From NCBI GenBank assembly GCA_028867335.1, contig JAGWGN010000001.1, positions 22,910 through 86,909 on the forward strand: 64,000 bases of DNA. Direction: 5' to 3'. A program made the position numbers and the translations under genes. Shown here one piece after another: positions 18,550 to 27,360 of the stretch. The first letter of the stretch is position 1, and the number at the start of each line of letters is the position of its first letter. The notes beneath the pieces are model-generated. The model worked only from the letters and a program-made list of their open reading frames with translations. It ran no database searches and was not told where the DNA came from. This DNA is from Candidatus Micrarchaeota archaeon (GTDB lineage Archaea > Micrarchaeota > Micrarchaeia > Micrarchaeales > CABMGC01).

Positions 18550-18587
18550 TTATTTTCAAAACCGCTAGCTTCGCTCTCGCCAATGTA

Positions 18588-18704
18588 GGGGAGAGGGGGG
18601 CACAGTTCCACTAATGGTGTTGGTTATATATAATATACAAATAATAAATCATCATTAGTTCCATTGTTTTGAATTTTGCTTTTTCAAATATTAGTGGAAC
18701 TCTG
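18588..18704. repeat. 15-bp inverted repeat (CACAGTTCCACTAAT / ATTAGTGGAACTCTG) flanking a 74-bp AT-rich spacer, preceded by a G-string
   Basis: The left arm is 18601-18615 and the right arm is 18690-18704 (14/15 complementary). GGGGAGAGGGGGG lies at 18588-18600. The spacer is 16/74 G+C by hand count. A partial third copy, AGTTCCA, lies at 18657-18663. Confidence 0.6.
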
Positions 18705-18747
18705 CACTGGCAGTATGAAAGTGATTTAAGTTTGTTTTGGTGTATTT

Positions 18748-19215
18748 GTGGAAATCTCTGTAGATCAGCTTTTCAACATGATCCAGGCGGAAAAGAAAAC
18801 AGGGGAGGTAATTCCCCTTCCTAGGGACTTCTACAGAAACGCGATCCAAAAGCTCAGCAAGCTTGAGCAGATCCAGGAGGACCAGCAGCACTCTGGGAAC
18901 TTCAAGAAACTGCTTTCGCAGGTGAGGGAGAGGCGGGTACAGAAGCTATTAATATATTTGGCGTACAATAAACAATTACCTAGTCTGGTTCCTGAAGAGG
19001 AGGAAGAACTCTACAGAGGCATCAAGGCGCTCCTCGACAAAAAGGAGGCAGGTGTGACAAAGGTCCGCAAGATAAGGATAATCGCGGAGACACCGGAGCT
19101 TGTGATGCCAAACGGCGGCAAGAGCGGCCCGTACAAGGAGCACCAGGTAATAGAGACGACGGACAACTACGAGGCGGAATTCCTACTCAACAACAAGCTT
19201 GGCGAGCAAATCTAA
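18748..19215 (+). CDS. GINS subunit (Gins51/Sld5-like)
   Basis: The N-terminus ...QAEKKTGEVIPLPRDFYRNAIQKL...ERRVQKLLIYLAY resembles the A-domain of archaeal GINS. The start is GTG. Not verified by search. Confidence 0.5.
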   Translation: MEISVDQLFNMIQAEKKTGEVIPLPRDFYRNAIQKLSKLEQIQEDQQHSGNFKKLLSQVRERRVQKLLIYLAYNKQLPSLVPEEEEELYRGIKALLDKKEAGVTKVRKIRIIAETPELVMPNGGKSGPYKEHQVIETTDNYEAEFLLNNKLGEQI

Positions 19216-19224
19216 AGTGATGAA

Positions 19225-19518
19225 ATGAAGATAACAAAAGAACTTATGGCATACTGCCCCTACTGCAACAAGCACACGGAGCACACGGTTACGAAGATAC
19301 AAGCTTCAAAGCCGGCAAACCCAAGCAGGGGAATGAGCGTGAGCAACAGGAGGCACAACCGAAAGATCAGGGGATTCGTAGGAAAGGTCAAGGCCAAGAC
19401 CCCGGTTAAGAAGCTTGGAAAGAAGCAGAAGGCGATTTTGCAGTGCAAGGAGTGCAAGAAGTCGATAGAGCGGGTCTTCGGAAACAAGACCAAGAAGAAG
19501 CTTGAGATCAAGCGCTGA
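19225..19518 (+). CDS. rpl44e: ribosomal protein eL42 (L44e)
   Basis: CPYCNKHTEH...CKECKKS forms a zinc ribbon in a basic protein of typical length. It sits in the conserved position upstream of aIF2-alpha. Confidence 0.85.
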   Translation: MKITKELMAYCPYCNKHTEHTVTKIQASKPANPSRGMSVSNRRHNRKIRGFVGKVKAKTPVKKLGKKQKAILQCKECKKSIERVFGNKTKKKLEIKR

Positions 19519-19523
19519 ATTAC

Positions 19524-20288
19524 ATGATAATACCAAAGCCAATGCCTGAAGTTGGCGAACTTGTTCTGATAAGGGTAAAGAAGGTGATGCCCTTCGGCGC
19601 ATACTGCGAGCTCACCGAGTATAGTAACCACGACGCGTACATCCCGATAAAGGAGGTCGCATCGGGGTGGATCAAGAACATCCACGAGTTCGTAAAGGAG
19701 GGCCACAGGGGCGTCGGGAAGATAGTCTACATAGACAAGGAGAAGAAGGCAATCGATATCTCGCTAAAGAAGGTCACAAAGAAGGAGGAGAAGGACAAGG
19801 TCAACGACGCAAACCTGGAGAAGAGGGCCGAGAACCTCTTCACGCAGGCGGTCGCGGCTGCAGGGCTCAAGGAGAAGACCCAGGAACTCCTATCCGAAAT
19901 CACAAAGAAGTACCAGACCTACACGGAGATAATCAACACGTTTGTCGACGGCAAGGATGCGTTTGAGGGGATGAAGGTAAACCCAAAGTTCACCCTTGCG
20001 ATCAAGGAGATAGTCGCAAAGAACATCAAGCCGAAGATCTACCAGGTGGCGTACATCGCCGAGGTCACGGTCTACGACACAAAGAACGGGATCTCACTGA
20101 TAAAGAAGGCGTTCAAGGAGGTCGAGAAGCTCGGAGTATCAATCAACTATCTTGGCGCGCCAAGATATAAACTTCTCTCGGAGGATTCAAGCTATCCGAA
20201 GGCAGAGGAGAGGATAAAGAACGCGAATACGATACTCGAGAAGATCCTCGTGGACAGCACAATCAACCTCAAGAAGGACAAGGTATAG
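19524..20288 (+). CDS. eif2a: translation initiation factor aIF2 alpha subunit
   Basis: The N-terminal S1 domain is PEVGELVLIRVKKVMPFGAYCELTEY..DAYIPIKEVASGWIKNI. Length is 254 aa. Confidence 0.85.
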   Translation: MIIPKPMPEVGELVLIRVKKVMPFGAYCELTEYSNHDAYIPIKEVASGWIKNIHEFVKEGHRGVGKIVYIDKEKKAIDISLKKVTKKEEKDKVNDANLEKRAENLFTQAVAAAGLKEKTQELLSEITKKYQTYTEIINTFVDGKDAFEGMKVNPKFTLAIKEIVAKNIKPKIYQVAYIAEVTVYDTKNGISLIKKAFKEVEKLGVSINYLGAPRYKLLSEDSSYPKAEERIKNANTILEKILVDSTINLKKDKV

Positions 20289-20292
20289 TCTC

Positions 20293-21060
20293 ATGCACAA
20301 CACCAAGATCTACTGCAACAAGTCGGTGAAGCCGAGGAACCCGATACTTCTAGTCGGACTTCCGGGGATCGGAAACGTCGGAAGCCTCGTGGGCGAGCAC
20401 GTTAAGAACGAGCTCAAGGCAAACAAGTTCGCAACGCTATATTCCCCACATTTCCCCCACCAGGTGCTGATGCTAAAGTCAGGAGGCATAAGGCTGGTGA
20501 GCAACAGGTTCTACCACTGGAAGAACCCTTCCAAGGACAAGAAGGCAAGAGACCTCATCATCCTTGTCGGCGATTTCCAGGCGCTCTCCTCAGAAGGCCA
20601 GTACGAGATAAACGAGAAGATAGTCGAGTTCTACAAGAAGATGGGGGGCAAGATGATCTATACCGTCGGCGGCTACAACACGAGCAACCAGTACATAAAG
20701 GAGCCGAGGGTTTTTGCCGTCACAACGGACAAGGCAACAATCCCTGCGCTAAAGAGCAAGGGGGTGATATTCGGCCAGGCATCCGGAATGATCTGGGGAT
20801 CTGCAGGATTGCTGCTCGCTTTTGCAAAGAAGCACAAGCTGACCGGAACCTGCATCATGGGCGAAACAGGCATGCTTGAGGTCGACGCGCACGCCGCAAA
20901 GGCGGTTTTGGACATCCTCGTCAAGGAGCTGGGCCTAAAGATCGACCTAGACAACATGGAGAAGATAAGCCAGGAGACCCAGAAGATGATGAAGGCGATG
21001 GAGGAGGCAATGCAAAAGGAGAGCCAGGGGAACAAGGAGAACTTCACATACATCAGATAA
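20293..21060 (+). CDS. PAC2-family proteasome assembly chaperone (COG1938)
   Basis: The N-terminus PILLVGLPGIGNVGSLVGEH is characteristic of the family. It lies at the conserved position after the L44e/aIF2-alpha cluster. Confidence 0.7.
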   Translation: MHNTKIYCNKSVKPRNPILLVGLPGIGNVGSLVGEHVKNELKANKFATLYSPHFPHQVLMLKSGGIRLVSNRFYHWKNPSKDKKARDLIILVGDFQALSSEGQYEINEKIVEFYKKMGGKMIYTVGGYNTSNQYIKEPRVFAVTTDKATIPALKSKGVIFGQASGMIWGSAGLLLAFAKKHKLTGTCIMGETGMLEVDAHAAKAVLDILVKELGLKIDLDNMEKISQETQKMMKAMEEAMQKESQGNKENFTYIR

Positions 21061-21072
21061 TTCCTATTTCAT

Positions 21073-21148
21073 GCGAGTGTAGTCTAGCCTGGTAGGACAT
21101 GGCCTTCCCAAGGCTATAACCCGGGTTCAAATCCCGGCACTCGCACCA
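21073..21148 (+). tRNA. tRNA-Gly (CCC), genomically encoded CCA
   Basis: The acceptor is GCGAGTG/CACTCGC, the anticodon loop is TTCCCAA, and the T arm is CCGGG-TTCAAAT-CCCGG. Discriminator A is followed by CCA. Confidence 0.9.
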
Positions 21149-21371
21149 CCTTTATAAAACAAAACTCAAACTTAGGTATAAAAACAAGGCAAGAAAAGGT
21201 ATTTCCTATAAATTAATCGTAAGAATAACCATTCGTGACGGCACCGTCAAAGAACTACAAACCGATATCACAATTTAATTGGCTTGTATTACAAAATCAC
21301 AAACATCCTTGTTTTAAACGCCCGATAAATCACTCTTTTAAAGCGGGAAAACCGAATAATATTGTGAATCA

Positions 21372-21722
21372 ATGGAATACTCTAAAATCACACTTGGTAG
21401 AAGCTCGTTGCCTAGGATAGTTGAGAAAACGCTCACAATATACAACGAAAAGGCGAAAACCCCATCCGATATGGTTGATGGCCTAAAGGTCAAGTCTTTG
21501 CTCAGAGTCCAGGATGGGCAGGTAGTATTTGTCTCAAAAGCGACAAACCAGTATGAAAAATGCAGAGAGAACGAACTTCACCTAGCAGTTATCGGCGCAG
21601 AGCAGGAGATTTTAAAGGAGGAGCTGATAGAAATTGCGAGGCAAACCGACCTTCTCGCCAACACAAAACAGGAAATGACCAACACGTTCACAAATTACGC
21701 TAAGATATTCAACTTCTCGTAA
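21372..21722 (+). CDS. hypothetical protein
   Basis: 116-aa ORF. No motif recognised. Confidence 0.45.
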   Translation: MEYSKITLGRSSLPRIVEKTLTIYNEKAKTPSDMVDGLKVKSLLRVQDGQVVFVSKATNQYEKCRENELHLAVIGAEQEILKEELIEIARQTDLLANTKQEMTNTFTNYAKIFNFS

Positions 21723-21736
21723 AAACAGAAAGGAAA

Positions 21737-22402
21737 TCAAATTATCAAAAGCAGCAGAAGGCTCGCAGCCCAGCCTGCAACAGAGCAGAGGAAGTTTGTC
21801 GTGAACTTGTTTCCTATTCCCTGCTCCTCCCAGTAGCCCACGATGGAATCCACAAGGTTCCCGATCAGGCCAGCGATTATCACAACCACTAGCAGAACCC
21901 CGTAGTTTGATATATTGACCATGGTGACCCCTATCAGAAGGGATCCCAGAAGTCCGGCGCCAATTCCGAACGCCGTTATCCCTCCCGATGTCCCCTGCCT
22001 GACCTTCTTTAGGGTCATGAGCATTATCGGCTTTGCGCCGAGAACGCCTATCTCGCTTGAGAACTTGTCAGCGGTAATCGCTGCAACGCTCGCCACATAG
22101 GAGACGATTATGAAGCTATTTGGCATTATCGAGCCGTTTGAGTTGAAGTAGTAGAGCACTGTGATCAGCAGCGGGACGATGCCGTTTGCCACAACGTTGT
22201 TCCAGCTCCTGTACCTTTGGTAGACCCCGATCATCTTCTTCCTACGCCTGCCGATCCAGGTCACGATCCCGGAGAGCACAAGGAACCAGAGCATCACCAA
22301 AAGAAAGAATGGCCCCATGCTCCCCCCGAAGAACAAAATACCGATTCCTAAGACGACAGCGGCGAGTATCCCGTACCTATCCAAAGTCAAAAAGTTGATC
22401 AT
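21737..22402 (-). CDS. DUF92/TMEM19-family integral membrane protein
   Basis: Multi-TM protein with ADKFSSEIGVLG...VRQGTSGGITAFGIGAGLLGS, which matches the DUF92 signature from memory. Confidence 0.6.
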   Translation of the reverse strand: MINFLTLDRYGILAAVVLGIGILFFGGSMGPFFLLVMLWFLVLSGIVTWIGRRRKKMIGVYQRYRSWNNVVANGIVPLLITVLYYFNSNGSIMPNSFIIVSYVASVAAITADKFSSEIGVLGAKPIMLMTLKKVRQGTSGGITAFGIGAGLLGSLLIGVTMVNISNYGVLLVVVIIAGLIGNLVDSIVGYWEEQGIGNKFTTNFLCSVAGWAASLLLLLII

Positions 22403-22427
22403 GTTATCCTTCCATTTTTATGAAATA

Positions 22428-22455
22428 TTCCACTAAAAACATACGTTTTTAAATC
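22428..22455 (+). promoter_or_regulatory. TTCCACTAAA motif + 8 nt + TATA (TTTTTAAATC)
   Basis: This is one of four same-architecture sites (see findings). The TATA is near-palindromic and could also serve the divergent DUF92 gene. Confidence 0.35.
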
Positions 22456-22706
22456 TTAAATCCGCCAATATACTTACGGGTTCTCTACTGTAGGAAGGGT
22501 TAAACTGGTCGCCTTGCCAGTCCGTGCAAACGGATTGGCCTCTTCCTAATCTTACACCTTCTACTGTCATCTCCGATCCTAAATTTTCACTATCATCATT
22601 TATCTCTACTTATATATTCTTTACGCTCGGAAATGGGCCGTTTTTCGAAGGGTTAATATTCCTATTTCACCCTATATTACATACATCATTTTCTATAGTG
22701 GCTGCA

Positions 22707-23657
22707 ATGGCAAAGGAGAAAGGGGTAAAAAGCATCGAGGATCTTCCAGGAATCGGTCCTACCTCAGCCCAAAAGCTAATCACCGCAGGCTACGACACGC
22801 TAGACAAGGTCGCGGCAGCCCTGGCAGGCGAGCTCTCAGACACCACCGGCATCTCGGTCGAGGTCGCAAAGAAGGCGATCGAGGGGGCAAAGCAGGCAAC
22901 GACCCTCGAGTTCCAGACCGGAACCGAGGCGTACGAGACCACAAAGGCGCTGGGTAAGATAAGCACCGGCTCAAAGAGCTTTGACGACCTGATCGGCGGA
23001 GGAGTGGAGGTCAAGGCGATAACGGAGGCTTACGGGAGGTTTGCCTCCGGAAAGTCCCAGATAGGCTTCACACTGACCGTCAATGCCCAGCTCCCTATCT
23101 CCAAAGGGGGGCTTGACGGTGCGGTTCTATTCATCGACACGGAAGGGACCTTCAGCCCGGAGAGGATCGAGAGCATAGCCAAGGCGGCCGACCTTGACCC
23201 AAAGAAGGTCCTCGAGAACATCTTTTTGGTGAGGGCCCAGACAACCGAGCAGCAGATCCTCACCGCCGAGCGCGCAGACAAGCTGATCAAGGAAAAGAAC
23301 ATCAAGCTGATAGTGGTTGATTCCCTGACGTCCCTGTTCAGGGCGGAGTTCCTCGGCAGGGGGACGCTAAACGAGAGGCAGCAAAAGCTCAATGCGCACA
23401 TCCACAAGCTCCAGATGCTGGCCGACACGCACAACATAGCGGTCTATATCACAAACCAGGTCATGGACAACCCGGGAATCCTATTCGGCGACCCGACGAC
23501 CCCGATCGGGGGAAACATCCTCGCTCACGCCGCAAAGACGAGGCTGTACATGAGGAAGGGAAAGGAGGACAAGAGGATCGTAAGGCTGGTCGACTCCCCG
23601 AGCATGCCTGAGGGCGAGGCAGTCATAAAGATAACCACGGATGGAATAAGGGACTAG
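22707..23657 (+). CDS. radA: DNA repair and recombination protein RadA
   Basis: The HhH N-domain is IEDLPGIGPTSAQKLITAGY. Walker A is GRFASGKSQ and Walker B is LIVVDSLTSLFRAEF. The track ORF from 22524 adds a spurious N-terminal extension. Confidence 0.95.
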   Translation: MAKEKGVKSIEDLPGIGPTSAQKLITAGYDTLDKVAAALAGELSDTTGISVEVAKKAIEGAKQATTLEFQTGTEAYETTKALGKISTGSKSFDDLIGGGVEVKAITEAYGRFASGKSQIGFTLTVNAQLPISKGGLDGAVLFIDTEGTFSPERIESIAKAADLDPKKVLENIFLVRAQTTEQQILTAERADKLIKEKNIKLIVVDSLTSLFRAEFLGRGTLNERQQKLNAHIHKLQMLADTHNIAVYITNQVMDNPGILFGDPTTPIGGNILAHAAKTRLYMRKGKEDKRIVRLVDSPSMPEGEAVIKITTDGIRD

Positions 23658-23664
23658 TGTTTCA

Positions 23665-24432
23665 ATGCTCTTTCTAATCGGAATGGGACTAAGCCACAGG
23701 GAGATCCCAAGCAACGCACTCGGGGCGATAGCCGATGCGGATGAGGTACTGGTTGATCAGTACACAAACTTCATCACCGACGAGGACCTGGCATCAATCG
23801 GCGAGGATTTGGGGGTGAGCCTGATCTTGCTAAGCCGCTCGGACCTTGAGGAGAACGCAAAGTTGATGGTCGAGCGGGCAAGGACAAGGAAGATCGCAAT
23901 CCTTGTCTCCGGAGATCCGCTGATTGCGACAACCCACCACACAATACTCGATCTGGCGCACAAAATGAAGGTTGAGTATAGGGTTTATCACGCAGCGTCA
24001 ATCTTCTCTGCGGGAATCGGGGAGAGCGGACTTGACATCTACAAGTTCGGTCCAACAACGACGCTTGCCTTCTGGAGCGACAACTACAAGCCCCTCTCCC
24101 ACATAGATGTGATAAAGAAAAATCTGGAGGCAGGCGAGCACACGATGTGCCTGCTCGACTACCACTACGCAGAGAAGAGGAGGATGCGCCTTGCAGAGGC
24201 TCTCTCGCTGCTGCACGGCGCCGACAGGCAGAGAGACTACAACATCCTAAAGCACGAGACAAAGATACTCGTCCTAGGCGACATCGGAAAGGAGACCCAG
24301 AAGATCGCATACCTTGGGATCGCAAAGATTGGGAAGGAGGAACTGAGGATGTTTGAGGGGAAGGTCCTAACCATAATAATCCCTGCGAAGCTCAACTTTG
24401 CGGAGGAGGAGGCTCTGCTTAAGTTTTCCTAA
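23665..24432 (+). CDS. dph5: diphthine synthase
   Basis: Tetrapyrrole-methylase fold with MLFLIGMGL...ILVSGDPLIATTH. Length is 255 aa, typical of archaeal DphB. Confidence 0.85.
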   Translation: MLFLIGMGLSHREIPSNALGAIADADEVLVDQYTNFITDEDLASIGEDLGVSLILLSRSDLEENAKLMVERARTRKIAILVSGDPLIATTHHTILDLAHKMKVEYRVYHAASIFSAGIGESGLDIYKFGPTTTLAFWSDNYKPLSHIDVIKKNLEAGEHTMCLLDYHYAEKRRMRLAEALSLLHGADRQRDYNILKHETKILVLGDIGKETQKIAYLGIAKIGKEELRMFEGKVLTIIIPAKLNFAEEEALLKFS

Positions 24433-25468
24433 CTCCCCCCTTCCAGTACCTGAGTGTGTAGGCAAGAGAGGAGAACCCGAAGAGCTGCACGAACCAGATG
24501 TTAACAAGCCTGGAGAATATCGTAATCACGGAGGCAAGGCCTAGCGTTATTCCGAATCCCCCGAAGAACGCCACAAGGAAGCCGAGCAGCGTCGCGTCAG
24601 TCACGCCTATGTTTCCCGGAAGGCCGGTCACCATCCCAAGCATCGTGGAGATCGAGGAGATGAATATTATCGTGGGCAAATAAGCATACCCCACGTTTAT
24701 CCCGAAGGCGAGCATCACAAAGTAGAGGCTAAGCCCGCTTAGGATCATCGCCGGGATCGTGTAGGCCATAGAGTAGAGGTAAACCCTCTTGCCAAGCAGC
24801 TTGTTGTGTATGAAATACTTGTCCCCGACCTCAAAGAGCTTCTTGAAAATTGCGTATTTCCTCAGCCTTGTGCTAAATATCGAGTACGCCGCCTTGTTGT
24901 AGAGGAAGATGAACGGTATGAGCAAGAGCAGGCTCGCGACAATAGAGACAAGCACGTACTGCTTTACCAAAAGCGCCGAGGCGACAGCGACAATCGAAAA
25001 GCCGGCGAAATCGGTGAAGATGTCCGCCACGACCGCAGGGAAGGTCTTGCTGAACTTCACGTTGGTGAGCCTGTTTATCGTATAGGACACAATCGCCCTC
25101 CCCCATCTTCCAGGGGTTATGTCCATCGAGTACATCGAGAGGTATATCATGAAGTTCTTGCTGCGCTCTATCTTAACGCCCAGCCTGTTTGTGTACATCT
25201 CCCACTTCGGGAACCGCACCGCGTATCCCGCAAACACCACCACCACGGCTATTAGATAGTAGAAGAGGTTTATCGACTCGACGCTTTTGACAAATGTGTC
25301 CACCCCCTCGTTTAGTATCGCAAATGCCGCGATCGCGATGAAGACGACAAAGCTTAGCAGCATGATGAGTATGAGTATCTTCTCGTATCCGCGTATGCGC
25401 TCTCTGTAGTCGGAGCTCCTCTTTATGTCCCCAAGCCCGAATCCTACCCCGCGAGATTTTTTTGCCAT
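24419..25468 (-). CDS. flippase-like / lysyl-phosphatidylglycerol-synthase-TM-region family membrane protein (UPF0104)
   Basis: The protein has 8 or more TM helices. The ATG at 25468 (MAKKSRG) avoids an overlap with taw1. The family call is from general resemblance only. Confidence 0.45.
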   Translation of the reverse strand: MAKKSRGVGFGLGDIKRSSDYRERIRGYEKILILIMLLSFVVFIAIAAFAILNEGVDTFVKSVESINLFYYLIAVVVVFAGYAVRFPKWEMYTNRLGVKIERSKNFMIYLSMYSMDITPGRWGRAIVSYTINRLTNVKFSKTFPAVVADIFTDFAGFSIVAVASALLVKQYVLVSIVASLLLLIPFIFLYNKAAYSIFSTRLRKYAIFKKLFEVGDKYFIHNKLLGKRVYLYSMAYTIPAMILSGLSLYFVMLAFGINVGYAYLPTIIFISSISTMLGMVTGLPGNIGVTDATLLGFLVAFFGGFGITLGLASVITIFSRLVNIWFVQLFGFSSLAYTLRYWKGGVRKT

Positions 25469-25473
25469 CCTAC

Positions 25474-26493
25474 TCACTTCTCGAAATTTATTATCCTCCT
25501 GTTTGCAGCCTCCTCGTTTGCGCACAGAAGCACCACCTTGCTGTGCTCGTGGTAATCCGCCACCAGGTATCCGGAGCGCTGCGCAATCTGCTGCGCAAAC
25601 TCAATCACCTCCTCCTTCTTTGGCATGTGGTTATAGGTGAGGTGCCTGTCCTCCCCCCTTGCCCCACCCACAAACACAAAACCCTTGACTTCGACATAGT
25701 CCGGCCTGCCCTTTGCGACAAGATCCGCGTAGCCCTGGGCATCAGTCATGTTTATCCCGCGGACCAGCGTGAGCCTAAAGACCCTGCGCGTTTGCAGCGT
25801 TGAGAAGACCTTGAGGAACTCCTGGAAATTCTGCCAGGCATTGAGCGTCTTCGCCCTGGCGAGCTGCTCGTAGACCGCAGGGTTCGGGGCCTGTATGGAG
25901 ACGTAGAGCTGAGTTGGCATCACGCTCAGCCTCTTTAGCGCCTGCACCATCGTCCCGTTGGTCACAAGGAAGGTGCTGATCTTCCTTCTGTGGAATGCGT
26001 CAAGAAGCTTGCTCATCAGCGGATAAAACATCGGCTCGCCAGTGAGGCTGAGCGCGACATGCGCCGGGTCGTTTGCCTCCCTCCATCGCTTCAAATCCGT
26101 CTTCAGATTCTCCTTGTATCCTGAGACCAGCTTCCTCTGCTCGTCTATTAGCCCCTCCACAATCGAGTCAGGGTCGTCCCAGTTTCCAAGTGCGTTGAGC
26201 TCATTCCAGTTTATACCTATCTCCTCAGGGATTATCCTCCAGCAGAAGCTGCAGGCAAGGTTGCACCCTATCGCGGGCGTCGACTGCATGCATCTCCAGC
26301 TCTGTATCCCGTAGAACTGGTGCTTGTAGCATGTTGCACCCTCAAGCCGCATGCTGTCCGCGGTGTAAAAGCAGGTCTTTATCGCCGAGTGCTTGCCGAC
26401 AAAGTGGTACCCCTGCCTGACCATCATTGTCTTAAGCTCCTGCGGGACGTGCGGCTCGCTCTGTGCCTGGACCATGCTACTCTCCTGTCCCAT
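25474..26493 (-). CDS. taw1: tRNA 4-demethylwyosine synthase Taw1 (TYW1, radical SAM)
   Basis: The cluster region is HSAIKTCFYT...CYKHQFYGIQSWRCMQSTPAIGCNLACSFCWR. It is followed by a radical-SAM core. Confidence 0.85.
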   Translation of the reverse strand: MGQESSMVQAQSEPHVPQELKTMMVRQGYHFVGKHSAIKTCFYTADSMRLEGATCYKHQFYGIQSWRCMQSTPAIGCNLACSFCWRIIPEEIGINWNELNALGNWDDPDSIVEGLIDEQRKLVSGYKENLKTDLKRWREANDPAHVALSLTGEPMFYPLMSKLLDAFHRRKISTFLVTNGTMVQALKRLSVMPTQLYVSIQAPNPAVYEQLARAKTLNAWQNFQEFLKVFSTLQTRRVFRLTLVRGINMTDAQGYADLVAKGRPDYVEVKGFVFVGGARGEDRHLTYNHMPKKEEVIEFAQQIAQRSGYLVADYHEHSKVVLLCANEEAANRRIINFEK

Positions 26494-26544
26494 CTAAGCG
26501 CCTTTGTAGTAATAGAAAATAAGAATATTATAAACTTGCTGGAA

Positions 26545-27255
26545 CTATCTCTTGATTGCCTTGATTATGAGAGTACTTATTACCTTTATTCCCTCCTTGC
26601 TCTTCTTTGTGGACACTGATGTTCCTGCATTTCGGACGCCCACCTCATCAAGTAGCGCATCAACATCCTCTCCGTCTATCGCAAAAATTCCGAAATTGTA
26701 AAGCGGGTTCCCTGCGCCAAACAGCTTACCCCCCTCCATCTCAACAAATTCAATCCCTCTGGCGATGAGCCAATCGCTGTGGTGGGCGCTGAAAATAATC
26801 TTTCCTCCAGTTTTTGAGACTCGTGCCATTTCTTTCACTGCGTACTTTAAGAAAGGCCCTACAAAATCAATTCCATTGAAGCTAAAGGTCTTTTCGAAAA
26901 CTCCCTCCCTAAAAGGCAAGTAAGCCATGTCCGCCTGAACATAATTTGCCTCCCTGTTTCTCTTTGCGCCGACCCTGACCGCCTCCCATGCCACGTCTAT
27001 CCCAACGTAAAAACTATTTTTTGCAAGTCTTAGGTAGCGTCCGCTCCCGCATGCTGTTTCAAGAACGGGCCAATTCTTGGTCAAAAACAGCTTAACGTTG
27101 TAGCTTGTCGATTTGGTGCATCCCCCGTCAGGGTCCTTCCTCCACATTCGCTCCCAAACCTCCTTTCGATCAAGCGGTTCCTCCCTAATCTCACTTAAGA
27201 GTTCTTTGAGCACTCCATTGAGCTGCCCTTTGCGGGCCTTTGAAACTTTTGCCAT
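26545..27255 (-). CDS. class I SAM-dependent methyltransferase
   Basis: Motif I is VLETACGSGRY. The post-I acidic motif is VGIDV, and ADMAYLPF is also present. Confidence 0.7.
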   Translation of the reverse strand: MAKVSKARKGQLNGVLKELLSEIREEPLDRKEVWERMWRKDPDGGCTKSTSYNVKLFLTKNWPVLETACGSGRYLRLAKNSFYVGIDVAWEAVRVGAKRNREANYVQADMAYLPFREGVFEKTFSFNGIDFVGPFLKYAVKEMARVSKTGGKIIFSAHHSDWLIARGIEFVEMEGGKLFGAGNPLYNFGIFAIDGEDVDALLDEVGVRNAGTSVSTKKSKEGIKVISTLIIKAIKR

Positions 27256-27360
27256 GGTATAGGATTGGGCGGGGCATTTTTAAGCGTATCCGAGCCTTCG
27301 TATAAAACCCGTTTCTCAATCTTATTTATACCTTGATAGCGATTGATTGTTTAGGATTCA

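Noticed and set aside
18690-18701. The right-hand inverted copy of TTCCACTAAT as a minus-strand promoter element.
   Set aside because: On the minus strand it is followed by ATTTGAAAAAGCAAAATTC, which has no convincing TATA at the 8-10 nt spacing seen at the other sites. There is also no minus-strand gene to drive.
22524-22706. The N-terminal extension of RadA in the track ORF.
   Set aside because: Its composition is hydrophobic and Ser/Phe-rich, with no homology to RadA N-termini. The HhH domain starts right after the ATG at 22707. The region is discussed instead as possible structured non-coding RNA.
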